Shown here in pieces: positions 12,050 to 25,000 of a stretch of 64,000 nucleotides of DNA (positions within the stretch are counted from its first letter, which is position 1; every line of letters starts with the position of its first letter). The notes beneath the pieces were generated by a model, which was given only the letters and a program-made list of their open reading frames with translations, made no database searches and had not been told where the DNA came from. Both the position numbers and the translations under genes were made by a program. The DNA is taken from contig JAQGDQ010000672.1 in NCBI GenBank assembly GCA_030141605.1, positions 1 through 64,000 of the forward strand, read 5' to 3'. The DNA comes from Tubiluchus corallicola (lineage: Eukaryota; Animalia; Priapulida).

Positions 12050-13407
12050 TTAAAGTAAAATCGGACACAGTGTTAAACTGTAGGTCAAAACAACCTATTC
12101 TTTAAAAAATTGAAAAACACACCATTGCTTTAAAGAATGAGCTTGCATGAAAAAATTATTACCACACAAATGCAGCTTTGCATTTGTGCCCGTAGTTCTT
12201 TGCTGTTACATGCATTTTGCCATTCGCTAGTTAGGTGAGCACTAGCACCTACATTTCAGAGTGTTGCACAAAAAACAGGTGGTGTAACTCTTAGTTCAGA
12301 TGTGTTGGTTTGTGACGTACTACACACATTCGACAGTTCTTCCATGAGTACAGTGGTAAATTTGAAATTTTATCTTAAAACTTGCCTAGTTTTATTACAA
12401 CACTAAATCTCTTACAATTACAGTAGTATTGTACTTTCAATTTTCGCTTTTGCAAACATGTGTAACATGCTCATGTAATATTTTTGCTATTGAAAATTAT
12501 GTTAGTTTGTGATGTCATCAATAGTTGGGCTTGCCCGCCATTAATTAAGATTTTAATCTATTATTTAATTATCGCAAAAGCTTATGCAGTATTATTGGTG
12601 TTAAAATGTACTTTTTGTTGGACTTGAAAACTGGGTAGCATATGTGTGCTTGCATAGCAAAATCATCCACAAGTTATTTACATGTGTTGAATGTCGATTC
12701 ATGAGGATCATTTTGATACCAAGTTCATCACTCTGTGTTCTTTCTAAGCAGAGATAATCCACGTTGAAGTTGAGGTGCAGGCTTATGCAATGAAAAACAT
12801 AATTTTGAGAAAATCGCTGTTAAAGTTAGTCATTGTTTTTTGTCGCCATTCTACAAAACACTTAGCAACTGTACAAAATGTGGTTGATGTGGATTTTGCA
12901 AGAACGTATTAAAATTATGTTTAAATCCAGTAGTTGGCTCTTCCTGGCGAAGATTTGAGCTTGTGAACAGAAAAACCCAAAACAAAATGACTGCTTCCAC
13001 GAGCTATTATCGGAGTTTCGTTGATCTGTAGCATGATATCATAAACATTGATATTCTCTTCTTTTTTTAAACTTGAAAAGAATTACTAATATTTAAGCCG
13101 AAATTATAGTAACAATTTTGCTATTTTCTGGTAATTTTATTTTCGTTCTCTAGTTAAAAATTAGAAAATTTTATGTATAGAAAAACAAGCAAATGAAGTA
13201 CCTGACATTTTCCTGATAATTTGATGTTAGAATATAAAAGTCCAAAATATTTAGCATTTGTTTTTATAAAAAACAAAAAAACTGACAATTGACCAAAATT
13301 TTGGTGCATTCTACTTTGAAGTGTCATAACGTAGTTTTAACTATGTCGACTTATGGATGGTTTTGGTTTGCAAGCACGCTTATGAAAAATCATCCTGTCT
13401 TCCCTTA
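12050..13407. mobile_element. TTAA-flanked family C element carrying a nested family D insertion
   Basis: Flanking parts align with the uninterrupted copy at 60125-60734 and an inverted partial copy at ~42690-43230. Confidence 0.65.
12643..13380. mobile_element. TIR element family D, copy 1 (nested)
   Basis: TIR TGTGTGCTTGCATAGCAAAATCATCC / GGATGGTTTTGGTTTGCAAGCACGC; second copy at 14297-14825. Confidence 0.7.
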
Positions 13408-13479
13408 AATATTTCAAAACAAACTTCACAATAAAAGATTATCTCTGCCTATGTGTATAATCCAATTGCATCTGATATT

Positions 13480-13922
13480 AATTACACAGACTCAACTTTC
13501 ATCTGCCCCCGCCACTGACTCCATACAACGATTAAAAATGAAAATTTTTTAAAAGAATTATGTAATGTAATACGTGTTATGTTAGTTTTGTAATGTCAAA
13601 TGTATAAATAGTGTAAATGTAATGAGTGAAATTTATGTAATGTAAAGCATGTTTCTGTTAATTTTGTCATGTCAAATGTATATATAGTGTAAAATATGTC
13701 ATGTAAAATTTAATGTACTTTTGTAATATTGTTTTGTAAAAATATTTTAATATGGTGTTTGTAAACATGTTCATTTATTGTATATAGTTTTGCACTTTAG
13801 TTTTTTTTTAGTATGCACTGGACGCATTTGTCTTGAACAGTGTTGTTATTTTAACATTAGCGCTGAGGCTTACTCAATTTTATTATAATGAGTGAACCAT
13901 TTTAATGACAAATAAAGAATGA

Positions 13923-13950
<28 letters not shown>
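13480..13950 (+). mobile_element. LINE 3' UTR ending in AATAAA and a (TA)n tail
   Basis: Homologous, inverted, to 45850-46280, where it is joined to a LINE ORF2 C-terminus. Confidence 0.65.
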
Positions 13951-13956
<6 letters not shown>

Positions 13957-14296
13957 TCAGAAAAACGAGGAAATTTAAATTGTGAAATACAAATGCCTTA
14001 ATAAAACAATGAGCAAGAATCTGCCAGCAAAATACACAAAAGTTACAGTCATTTAAGTAAAAAGCTTTCTTATTACACATTTAATAGAAAATAGTATTTT
14101 ATCGATTTACACATTTCTAGACAAGAATTCAACATATTCACTAAGGACTTTCACCAATATATAGCCTAATATGAAGCTGTTGCTTAGCATTGAACTCATT
14201 GTAAACTAGGCTCCACGTTTTCTTAAATCTTTTCACCAGTTGGGGTCCAGCAATGATTTTTCATAAATGATCTAGGAAAATAAAATTAACAACAAT

Positions 14297-14825
14297 TGTG
14301 TGCTTACACAGCAAAATCGTCCAAAAGTTGGCAGTTCGGCTTTTCTAGTTATTCAAAAAATCCTGAATCTCCATTTCATGAGGATCATTTTGATACCAAG
14401 TTCATCACTCTGTGTTAATTCTAAGCTGAGATAATCCACGTTGAAGTTGAGGTGCAGGCTGCACACTGAAAAACACAATCTTGAGAAAATTGATGTCAAA
14501 GTCAGCCATTGTTTTTTGTTCCACTTCTATAAAATGCTTAGCAAGCGCACAAATGTTGGTTGCTATGGACTTTGCAAGAACACATTGAAGTTACATTTAA
14601 ATCCAATAGATGGTTCTTCCAGACGAAGATTTGGACTTAGCAACACAAAAAACCCCAACCAAAGTGACCGTATATTTATTTATAAAGCCACCAATATTTT
14701 TAGCATTTTTTAATAAAAACCAAAAAATTAACATTCAACCAAATTTTGGTGCATTTTACTTTGAAGCGTCATAACATAGTTTCAACTATGCCAACTTATG
14801 GCAGGTTTTGGCTTACAAGCACACA
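14297..14825. mobile_element. TIR element family D, copy 2
   Basis: TGTGTGCTTACACAGCAAAATCGTCC ... GGTTTTGGCTTACAAGCACACA; interior aligns with 12643-13380. Confidence 0.7.
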
Positions 14826-14902
14826 TTTAAAATGCACCTCACTTGTGCAAATAATTTTCTCTTGACTTAGACAATAAGCAAGCGAAAAAGGAATTTAAAG
14901 CC

Positions 14903-16060
14903 TCATTCGCTACATTTAAATGGATTTTTGCCAGTATGGTAACGAGTTTTTTGAGCGGACGTATCACAGCAAGTGACGTCAGATTCCCTACATTTTGAAA
15001 GCCTCTGACAGATGTGAATAGTTTTGTGACGACTTAGGTGAAAGGGACGCGAAAAAGCAGCTCCACATTCATTACACTTAAAAGGTTTTTCACCGGTGTG
15101 CGTCCTGGAATGTGTGTTTAGAGATGACCGCCTCGAAAAACTGCCTCCGCATAGATTACAAATAAACGGCTTTTCTCCAGTATGGATTCTCTTATGAGAG
15201 TTTAATGTAGACACCTGGGCAAAAGCAGCTCTGCATTCATCACATTTAAAAGGTTTTTCACCAGTATGAATTCTCTTATGCCTCTTCAATTTGCCTGCTT
15301 CGGAAAAAGTGGCTTCACAGCTGTTACACTCGTAAGGTTTCTCACCAGTGTGCATTCTTTTGTGTACACAAAGGTCACCAATCCGAGCAAATGCAGCGCC
15401 ACATTCACTACATATAAAAGATTTTTCACCAGTGTGAATTATCTTATGCCTATTTAACTTAGAACTCGCAGCAAACGCAGCCTCACATTGATTGCACTTA
15501 AATGGTTTTTCACCAGTGTGTGTTCTGATATGAACCCTTAGAGTCGACATCCTTGAAAAAGTATCTCCACATTCATTACAAAGAAATGGCTTCTCGCCTG
15601 TGTGTATTCTCTTATGCATGTTTAGCGTGTAGGACCGGGCAAAAGAGGCTTTACAGTCATTGCAATTAAAAGGTTTCTCACCAGTGTGAGTTTTTACGTG
15701 TCCAAGCAAATGACTCTTGGAACTGAACATCGACTCACAGTGCCCACATTTATAATCCCTTGCAGGTGTTGCCGCAGGAGGGAGGTAAGCGTTTCGACAA
15801 CCTTGCTCCGCAGACTCCTCAGAATCTTCGGTTTTAATGCCATTATCTGCTGCAGACGAAGAATTTTCATCGTGCGGATTTGTTTGTGTTTGTTGACTTT
15901 TCCCGGCATTAACTTCACAGTCGAATAACCCTGGCTCAGTTTTCATAGCAGGTTTAGCATGATTGTTATCAGTCACTTCGTCACCACAAATTTCAGAATC
16001 CACGGAAGAGAAAAATTCACACTTCATTTGATTATAACCCATTAAAACTTGATGATCCAT
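14903..16060 (-). CDS. C2H2 (Krueppel-type) zinc-finger protein, 385 aa, 9 intact fingers, single coding exon
   Basis: Nine CxxC..F..L..HxxxH units joined by TGEKP-type linkers; acidic N-terminus with xKTE motifs; gtttcag acceptor near 16132 suggests an upstream 5' UTR exon. Confidence 0.92.
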   Translation of the reverse strand: MDHQVLMGYNQMKCEFFSSVDSEICGDEVTDNNHAKPAMKTEPGLFDCEVNAGKSQQTQTNPHDENSSSAADNGIKTEDSEESAEQGCRNAYLPPAATPARDYKCGHCESMFSSKSHLLGHVKTHTGEKPFNCNDCKASFARSYTLNMHKRIHTGEKPFLCNECGDTFSRMSTLRVHIRTHTGEKPFKCNQCEAAFAASSKLNRHKIIHTGEKSFICSECGAAFARIGDLCVHKRMHTGEKPYECNSCEATFSEAGKLKRHKRIHTGEKPFKCDECRAAFAQVSTLNSHKRIHTGEKPFICNLCGGSFSRRSSLNTHSRTHTGEKPFKCNECGAAFSRPFHLSRHKTIHICQRLSKCRESDVTCCDTSAQKTRYHTGKNPFKCSE

Positions 16061-18995
16061 AAGTACATAACGATTTTGTACTTATCCTGTAGCTTTAGGT
16101 CTTTCACAAGAGAGAATGTGGCTTAGACAATCTGAAACTACAAAAGTATTATTTCACACACTATTATAAAATTAACATGTCAACAAAAGTCTAGCAGTGT
16201 GCCGTATCGTTGCTCATATTACTCATATCGTTGCCACGGTCATCATTCTCCAATAATCAATATAATTATCATCTCCATCATCATCATTACCATTGTCATT
16301 ACGACTGATGTCGTCATCACCTCATTTGCCGTTGCCATAATAAAGACCACATAAGCAATTAACTCGTTCAGGAGTGCCCGGGTTCATGAAAATCTGAAAA
16401 ACTCTCAATAAGCAGCGATTTCATTACATTTGAAAATTTTCGTAAATTTCTACTCCTCACACAATGGACTTTCATTCAAAATGATACATGAAATGCATTA
16501 GCTTCCTTTAGACAAATTAAAAATCGATTTTTGGCAAAAAGCTTTCAGTAACTACGCTGTTTGCACTGTAACAAAGTAGGGTATCACTTGTGCGAAATCG
16601 GCTAATGCAAAAAATTTCAACTATCCAGACACAACACTCTGATATACATTGGCCTTGAGTCTACTCTATTTTTAAAGAGAAATTCCTATTAAAATATGAA
16701 ATGATAGTAGAAAATGCTCCTTGGCTGATGGGTTGGTTTTTCCTGGAATAGAACACAACAGAACACTGCACAGCTTGGGCTGTAGAAAGCAGGTGATCAA
16801 TAAAATAGTGTGTATATCTGACTAAGCTACTCAATAGGCTACGTTACAGTGCCTAAAAAGGGCATGTTTTCCTTAATTTTATCCAATTAAATCACTGAAA
16901 TGCGGCATAAACTAAAGCCTATGAAGACAGAACTGATGTGTAGTATTTAACCCTTTCACTAAGGAAGGCGGCACACTGTCGCTTACGTTTTCGTGTAAGA
17001 GACAGAAGGCAGAAGACTACCACCCAATTTCAGCACTAAACACAGTCACTCGAGTTTGTTTCTTTTGCTGCTACAGCCGTTCAACATTGTAAAAAAGTTT
17101 AACAGCCGTGTGATTGGGGTTGCCCGGCAACAAGTAACGCTAATCAGCATCTGAAGCCAGGTGCATTCCATAATATTGTATTACATGGTACGTCCTCACG
17201 CAAAATCGCTTGTTGCTGAAACGTATGTTTAGAGGCTTGTTGTGCATTTTTCTTATAAAATGATTCTATAAAACGGAATAGTACTATGACTTCTGTGAAA
17301 AGTCATAGAATCAAGACTGAACGACTAAAACGGGCATAGCATTGTCCAGTTTTTTCCTGGATTACTGCTGTGTTTACCTGCCTTGAGGGCAGACTTCGGC
17401 ACTATTACACTTTCGCACCTCCTAGTTTTTTCTGGCCTATTGTTTGTTTTCACGCCTGTAGGCCAGAAAGCAGACCAACAGGCATAATATACACCATATT
17501 CCATAATATTATTGGTTTATAGGCCTTACAATTCCAGATTAAAGTCATACATTACTTACCATCACCAACATGCAAATAGTATAGACGTACTAATGCAGTA
17601 ATGGGCGCAATTATGATGATAATATTAAGACTTAATTTCCTGCTAGTTAGCATATTCTTGCAAACGATGGTGACAAGCCATTGGCATATAGCTGTCCTTT
17701 ATTTTTATCTATACGTTTACCTGTCTTTACCATTTTGGTGTCAATGCCTGTTTATGAAAATTCTTCATATAAATCACTTTGGCAACACGGGAAATCTGGA
17801 GTAGTAATTTCGCTGAGAACGTACGCCCAGCTTGTTGTGCGCGAGAGCCTTCTGTTTTTTCAAGCACAATGTTGATGTATAAGTTGTAGAGCTAATTCTG
17901 TTTTGGAGGACAATTTTTGTTTTAAAGTTTTTGAAAAAATGTTTTGTTTTGTAACAAATTTTAGCGTTAAATTAAATCAATTTGCATGGTATCATTTGCC
18001 ACATAATCACCTCAAATTTGATTGATTTTCAGAGGATATGAAAAAATACAATAAACAATCAAGAACATGAAACCATCCAGCTTTATATATGTTGGAGTTT
18101 GAGTTTGCCAAATAAATTATGCTCCTTCACAAGATTTGTTACAGCTTCTTTTATGACAGGACTGGACCCTAGTTCGTTTTCAATATAAACCTTTGAGATG
18201 AAATATTGAACAGGCAAAGGTGTCACAGTGACAGTCAAATGCATGTACTGTCACTTTGATCCAAAATGTTTTACCTTGGTTATCGACGTTTTTCAGACTG
18301 CGTTTTTTCCAGTGTTGTTTGGAAATGCGCATTAATTTTGTCAAATTGTGTTACTTAAAACAACAAAATTAATTCATCCTTCAAACAAACTGTTTTATTC
18401 TCAAATACGGAAATTCAACAGAATTGATCGTAATTATAATTCTCCCCTTTAACTTTAATTTAAATTGTGTTTGTACAAAAATAAAATTTATAGCATTTCC
18501 TGGATCAGCAATAGATAGAATAAAGATAGATAGATAAAGGGTATTTTACATTTTTGTATTTTTTTATATTTGCTGTGTTGTTTTGTAATTTATACACTTA
18601 AGTGTGCAAATAACAAGAATTATATTGGTGGTAATGAACCACAGACAGTTGATTGATACAGTTTCTGCTAATACATCACAGACACTTGTAACCAAACTGT
18701 GTTTATTAATGACTTGACATATACTACCTTTTATTACAAACAATTAACGTTGATACAGTTTCTGCTAATACACCACATACTACCTTTTATACACTAAAAA
18801 CAATAAACTCGGGAATTTTATGAATTTTGCACGCATTCTTTCGTTGATACAGTTTTTGTTATACACCACAGACACAGTTTCTGCTAATACACCACAGACA
18901 CTTGTAACCATACTGTGTTTATTAATGACTTGACATCGCTTGAAGAGATGTGTGGTCAGTCTACCCTTTATTGCTCTTCCATTTATTATACATTC

Positions 18996-19518
18996 ATGCA
19001 TGCGAACAGGAAACCTGTCCAAGCTGAAAGATATACAACCATGCATGCAAATAGGAAACTGTCCAAGCTGAAAGATATACAACCATGCATGCAAACAGGA
19101 AACTGTCCAAGCTGAAAGATATACAACCATGCATGCAAACAGGAAACTGTCCAAGCTGAAAGATATACAACCATGCATGCAAACAGGAAACTGTCCAAGC
19201 TGAAAGATATACAATCATGCATGCAAACAGGAAACTGTCCAAGCTGAAAGATATACAACCATGCATACAAACAGGAAACTGTCCAAGCTGAAAGATATAC
19301 AACCATGCATGCAAACAGGAAAACTGTCCAAGCTGAAAGATATACATCCATGCATGCAAACAGGAAAACTGTCCAAGCTGAAAGATATACATCCATGCAT
19401 GCAAACAGGAAAACTGTCCAGGCTGAAAGATATACAACCATGTATGCAAACAGGAAAACTGTCCAAGCTGAAAGATATACAACCATGCATGCAAACAGAA
19501 AACTGTCCAAGCTGAAAA
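18996..19518. repeat. 44/45-bp minisatellite, ~12 copies
   Basis: Unit ATGCATGCAAACAGGAAACTGTCCAAGCTGAAAGATATACAACC. Confidence 0.95.
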
Positions 19519-19848
19519 CATAATTGTAACAAGGCACTGATTTTTTAAATGCAAAATAATTTATTTACAAAATCGAAATTATGCTATTTATAAGTGCGAA
19601 TAAACGAAAGGCATTTTAAATCTAAACAAACGTGAAATAAACAGTCAAATAAATCTAGATAACAACAACAGAATATTTACTAACAAAAATGAAAACCTAC
19701 TAGTGAATAAAAACCTTAATGAGTAAATTAGTAGTATTTTATTTTTTTATGAAATTATTTTCTTTTTCTTGAACGCTGCACAGGGGAGGCAACGTCAACC
19801 CTAAATACCGGGACTCATCGGAATACAAACGCATGTCCATACTGCTAT

Positions 19849-19852
<4 letters not shown>

Positions 19853-19919
<67 letters not shown>

Positions 19920-19953
19920 GAGAGAGAGAGGAGAGAGAGGAGAGAGAAGAGAG
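19853..19953. repeat. (AG)n microsatellite
   Basis: Direct reading. Confidence 0.97.
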
Positions 19954-20987
19954 ACGTAAAACCTGAAGATGTCAGACCCAATTTTTACACGCACAGTGAG
20001 TATATATTCATGTGGACAAACACTCCGATTGCTAAACTATTTACTCAAAGACTCGTTAACTTAGTGTTAACGAGCCTTTTATTAAATAATTTAACAACCA
20101 ATAAACGAGTTTACTCAGCATGAATAAAGCAAAGACAAAAATAGAATAGGAGATTGACAATAACATAATCATAGTATTTCAAGAAAACGAGAATGAAGTC
20201 ATATATTAACAAAAGTTTATATTATATGCATTGTTATGACTTGAAAGCATGGCTCGGTATACTGGACGACAGTGAGATGGAGGAACTAAGGGCAGCCCGG
20301 CGCATCCATCAAGAACAAACGGTTCGCCAGCGCCGGGCTGAGGCCATCGATTAGGTCTCCTACGAGTATGTGCCAACTAAGTCTGATGACGAAAATGAGA
20401 ATTAGACCTTGAATGGAGAACTGATCGTGGAAGAAACTCAATGAAGAGACTAATCCTGTGAAATGAGGCTGCTGACATTAAAATTAAATAATAACTAATG
20501 TGGCATTCATTGAATGTAGCTTTGTGTATGTGTGGTGAGACTAGTAGACGGGGGGAAGGAGGGCCTGGGTGGCTGTATGGGGCGTGGCCACCAGGAAGAC
20601 GTCGGCGTTATGCAAAGCGCAACTGTCCGCGGGAGCAAGAGGAACCACGAGTTCTAACATGAATTACGATGAGATATTCTGATGATATTCTGATGATGTT
20701 TTGATGATGTTTTTCCACCTCCGGAGCATGCAATCTACCGGGATTTGGATCAGCTAACCAAACCGTAACTACAGTCGTTTATGTACAAGTTTTTTTTTTA
20801 ATACTCACGTGCACTAAAAAGGTTATAGCCCTGCTTACAAAAAGAAAACATAGACAATAACCATTATTTATTTTGAATTGTAGAAAAATTTGAAAAATTA
20901 ATACTGTCTTATTTCCGCAGTGAAAACAGAAACTGCTTACAGAATGTTCAAGATTTACTTAGGGTTGTTACTGTTACTGTTACTATA

Positions 20988-20998
20988 ATTATTATTAA

Positions 20999-21073
<75 letters not shown>

Positions 21074-21138
21074 TATTATTATTATCAGTAGTAGTAGTAC
21101 TAGTAGTAGTAGTATTTATATTATTATTATTATTATTA

Positions 21139-21233
<95 letters not shown>
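20988..21233. repeat. (ATT)n microsatellite with an internal (AGT)n run
   Basis: Direct reading. Confidence 0.97.
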
Positions 21234-22093
21234 TGTGTCTTCTTGTTTTTTTAATAACTTGTTATAATTTGAACTGCTTGCATTCATGCGCTATTGATAT
21301 ATATTGAGACATATTGACTAGAAATAAGTATAAACATAGATATAAACGTATAGGCCTATAAGCATAAACATTTGAATTCTTAGACACACTTGTCAGTCTC
21401 TATCTTATATAATTAGGAAACAACTTGTTTTACTTAGCTAGAAATCACTCCTTCTTCTCTCCTTTTTGAAAAACATCCTTCCGCACGTCTGCGAACTACT
21501 CCAAAGTTTAAAATTCATCGTGACTGTGTTGTTTGTAGTTACATATTTATGATGCAACTATAACTATTTTGTAAAAAACTATCATAACATTTTGTTAGTA
21601 AGTTTGTTTGTCTGTCACATTTGTGAAATAAAAACCGAAATGCTAGAAAGTGGATTGCCAACCATCTACAGTTTGGTTTTTCAGTTCACTTCTGAATACT
21701 TCACTGCCAGCACGTCTACAATTCTATATTTCGAAAACAGACGGAGCCAAAAAGAACTTGTTCAGCAATCCGTGCATCTAGTCAACCTTGTTAAATGATT
21801 ATCATCCTTTGTCTAACAGCAATTCTTTGTCTAACTATTCTTTATCTAGCAGCAAGAACTAATTCATAACTACACGTAAAATGCAGGTGAAAGATGCCAG
21901 ATAGCTTACTTGGAGAACAGAACAGCAGCTAAAGAGTTGCAAAATGAGCACAAGAAAGCTAGTTTTTCAATTCAGTTTAAATTTTATTGATTTATAAGTC
22001 AAAGTCGTGACTGTTTTCAATGCTGACGTCATTGCATGAACGCAACAATGGTGGACGACGTGGTATAGATGGGTAACCAACTCATTGATTAAT

Positions 22094-25000
22094 TCACCGT
22101 GATAATTCATGCAAATTTCTGGCAGTGGGCGTCTTCACTTCTACCACATCTACATCTAAAACCTTGGGCTTCTGTCTAGGTTGCCGATTGTTCACAGCAC
22201 AGGAAATGTTGTACAGAAGCCTCAGTGTATCAAGAGGAACTGTCAAGCCGCTAAGCTTCCCTGGCAACGAGTGAAAGTCAGCACGTTCCAATTGATCCTG
22301 ATGATACTTTCTAGGATTAATTCTGTGGAAGGTATCGTCCCGGCGCCAATACAGTCTCTCCATCAATATACAGAGACTCGCAAACGTCTTAAAGTCGATC
22401 GTGCTGTTTGGCAGAATCCCGATTAGATGAGCAGCCTTCTCCCAGGGCATGCTCCGCAGGACGTCCAGATACACTTCCTCAAGAGCCAACTTCACCAGCT
22501 TCTCTGACAAAGTTCCTAATTTTGCATCTTTAAATTTTGCAAAGCATTTGTACAGTTGAGCCTCTTTATGAGGGACAATTTTGCAATACTTCTTGACATA
22601 TTCCATTGGATTCAGAGATTCAAGTTCCCGAAGATCCATTGGCAACGTAAATCGGCTGGCATTTTGTTTCCAAGGTATTTCTTCCATGAGATACCGATTT
22701 AGTTCAATTCTTGAAGTTTTCTTACGTGCCCCCCGAAGAAGAGGGTCTCTGACCGACATCACTCTCTGCACGTGACTTCTGAAAGTTTTTTTAGAAAACT
22801 CTTCCAGTTTCTTTTGAATCAGCAATCGCGCTTTCTCTCTAGCTGCATCAGTGATGACCACTGGTCCCAGGTCAGCCAATTCTTCTTCAAAGAAATTCAT
22901 GACGCTGGTCTCGGCCATTTCAGACAAGATCAAGTCACGCAAGAATTCGTTTAGAACCTCTTCCATTAGCTGTTCTTTCATGCTCTCCGACCGTGCATGA
23001 AGAGCAGCAGAATCTATGCGTGGCACAAATACGAACGATTTAGATATTTCACTTGGTTTTTTCGACAACTCGCTTGATAATTTTGATAATTCGCTGCATG
23101 GTTTGCTTGAAACATAACTAGCGTATGGTGATGGTATCCAGGAAGGAGTTGGAAGTGATACAGTATCACGAGTAAGTGTCTTTTGCAACATCGGTTCATC
23201 AGCTGGCATACTCAATCTTCCATGCATTCTTTCTCTTGGCACAATACTTCGTTTCCACTCACCAGCTGCGACGTCTGTGACTTTTTCCTTGCGTACAGCT
23301 TCTTCAGATTTGGAAAGACTTACAGCAGCTGTCGGGTCAGAATATCCTCTAGGTAATAGAAAACTTTCGCTATCTCGTGCAGTTTTGAGTCTAATTGATT
23401 TGTCAGAGAAAGTCTTCAGAATTTTCGTACTTTTGCGGTCCATAAGAGTTTTGAAATCGATCGACTTTTCAGGAAAAATTCTACCTTTAGAAAACTCTGC
23501 ACCTATTTGGTCCAAAGCAGGTTTAGAAGTGATTTCTTCTTCAGTCAGTAATTGTGCAGGTGACAGTTTCTCCCTGACTCCTAAGTCCGGCAAATGTTCA
23601 TGCACATCAATGTCTCTATCCAATACTGCCTTTTCTCTTGATTCGATGCCAGGTCCTAATTCAACACCAGGAAGAGGTTTTTCTACCTTGTCCTTTTCTC
23701 TTAATTCAACACCAGTAAGAGGTTTTTCTACCTGGTCCTTTTCTCTTAATTCAACACCAGGAAGAGGTTTTTCTACCTGGTTCTTTTCTCTTAATTCAAC
23801 ATCAGGAAGAGGTTTTTCTACTTTGTCATTTTCTCTTGATTCAAGACCAGGAAGAGGTTTTTCTTCTTTGTCCTTTTCTCTTGATTCAACACCAGGAAGA
23901 GGTTTTTCTACTTTGTCTTTTTCTCTTGATTCAACACCAGGAAGAGGTTTTTCTACTTTGTCTTTTTCCATTGATTCAACACCAGGAAGAGGTTGTTCTA
24001 CTTTGCCTTTTTCTCTTGATTCAACACCAGGAAGAGGTTTTTCTACTTTGTCTTTTTCTCTTGATTCAACACCAGGAAGAGGTTTTTCTACTTTGTCTTT
24101 TTTTGCTACCTGGTAAAAGTCACGGTGCGATGCTAAATCTCTGTCAAGTTTACTTGGCTCTGAAATTGATACTGGTATCGTCTGTTCTTTTAACCACACT
24201 GAATCTTTCGGCAGGATTAGAGAGGCTTGTTCACCTGCTAATGCATCTTCAGCAACAGCTTTAGCAGGTCTTGATTCTTGTTCTTCCAAAGCTTTTATCA
24301 ATTTGTCCATTTGTTCAGGAGAGAGAGAAACTCCCGATACCACAGTAACACGTCCATACAGTTTTTTGAGCGTGTCAGTGTCTTCAGTAGCACCAGCACA
24401 AGTTTCAATGAAATCTTCAACTGGCATATGCAAAACGTGACCTGAAGGTGTGAGAATACCACCAGATGCAGTTTTTTGCAATTTTAAGGCAGCAGCCATA
24501 CATTCTCTATCAGATCCAGAATAAGTTTTAAGAAGATCATCAGCATACATTTCTTTTAACTCAGCAGCTGTTGGTATGAAATCTCTTATGGTGGGTGTAT
24601 AAATTTTCTCAAGATCTACACTTGAGGGAAGTAAGTGAGATGGACGAGGTGATGGAGTCTTTAGTGGATGATAACGCAAGTGCTTTCTGTCTTTCGTTGT
24701 TACGTAGGGTTTTAGGATGGTCCCAGATTGAGATATGAGATCCTGTTTAGGAATGGGCCCTTGACCTTTTTCTGGGAGAGGTTCTTCACCAGCTGGAGCA
24801 CTTATTTGCTCTTTCGTAATTTTTGTTGTCGGTTTTTCTTTAGTAACATCCGAGAAGAATTCTTCTTTCTTCCTACCTGGAAGACCCAAAAGGTCTTCTG
24901 TAGATCCTTCTAGTTTTGGCATAGCCTTCCACTTACTACTTAGGCGGTGCAAATGAGCTTCATGGACTTTTAGCGTAGGTCCTTTTGGCTTTTTATGAAT

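Noticed and set aside
18780-19554. Overlapping 100-186 aa ORFs on both strands
   Set aside because: Products of the 44/45-bp satellite cycling through frames
19739-20123. ER/SL-repeat ORFs (also 55683-55949)
   Set aside because: Translations of (AG)n/(CT)n microsatellites
20955-21287. Poly-Asn ORF
   Set aside because: Translation of an (ATT)n microsatellite
23277-24264. 279-aa and 142-aa plus-strand ORFs (also 27008-27566)
   Set aside because: Antisense shadows of in-frame repeats in the giant ORF
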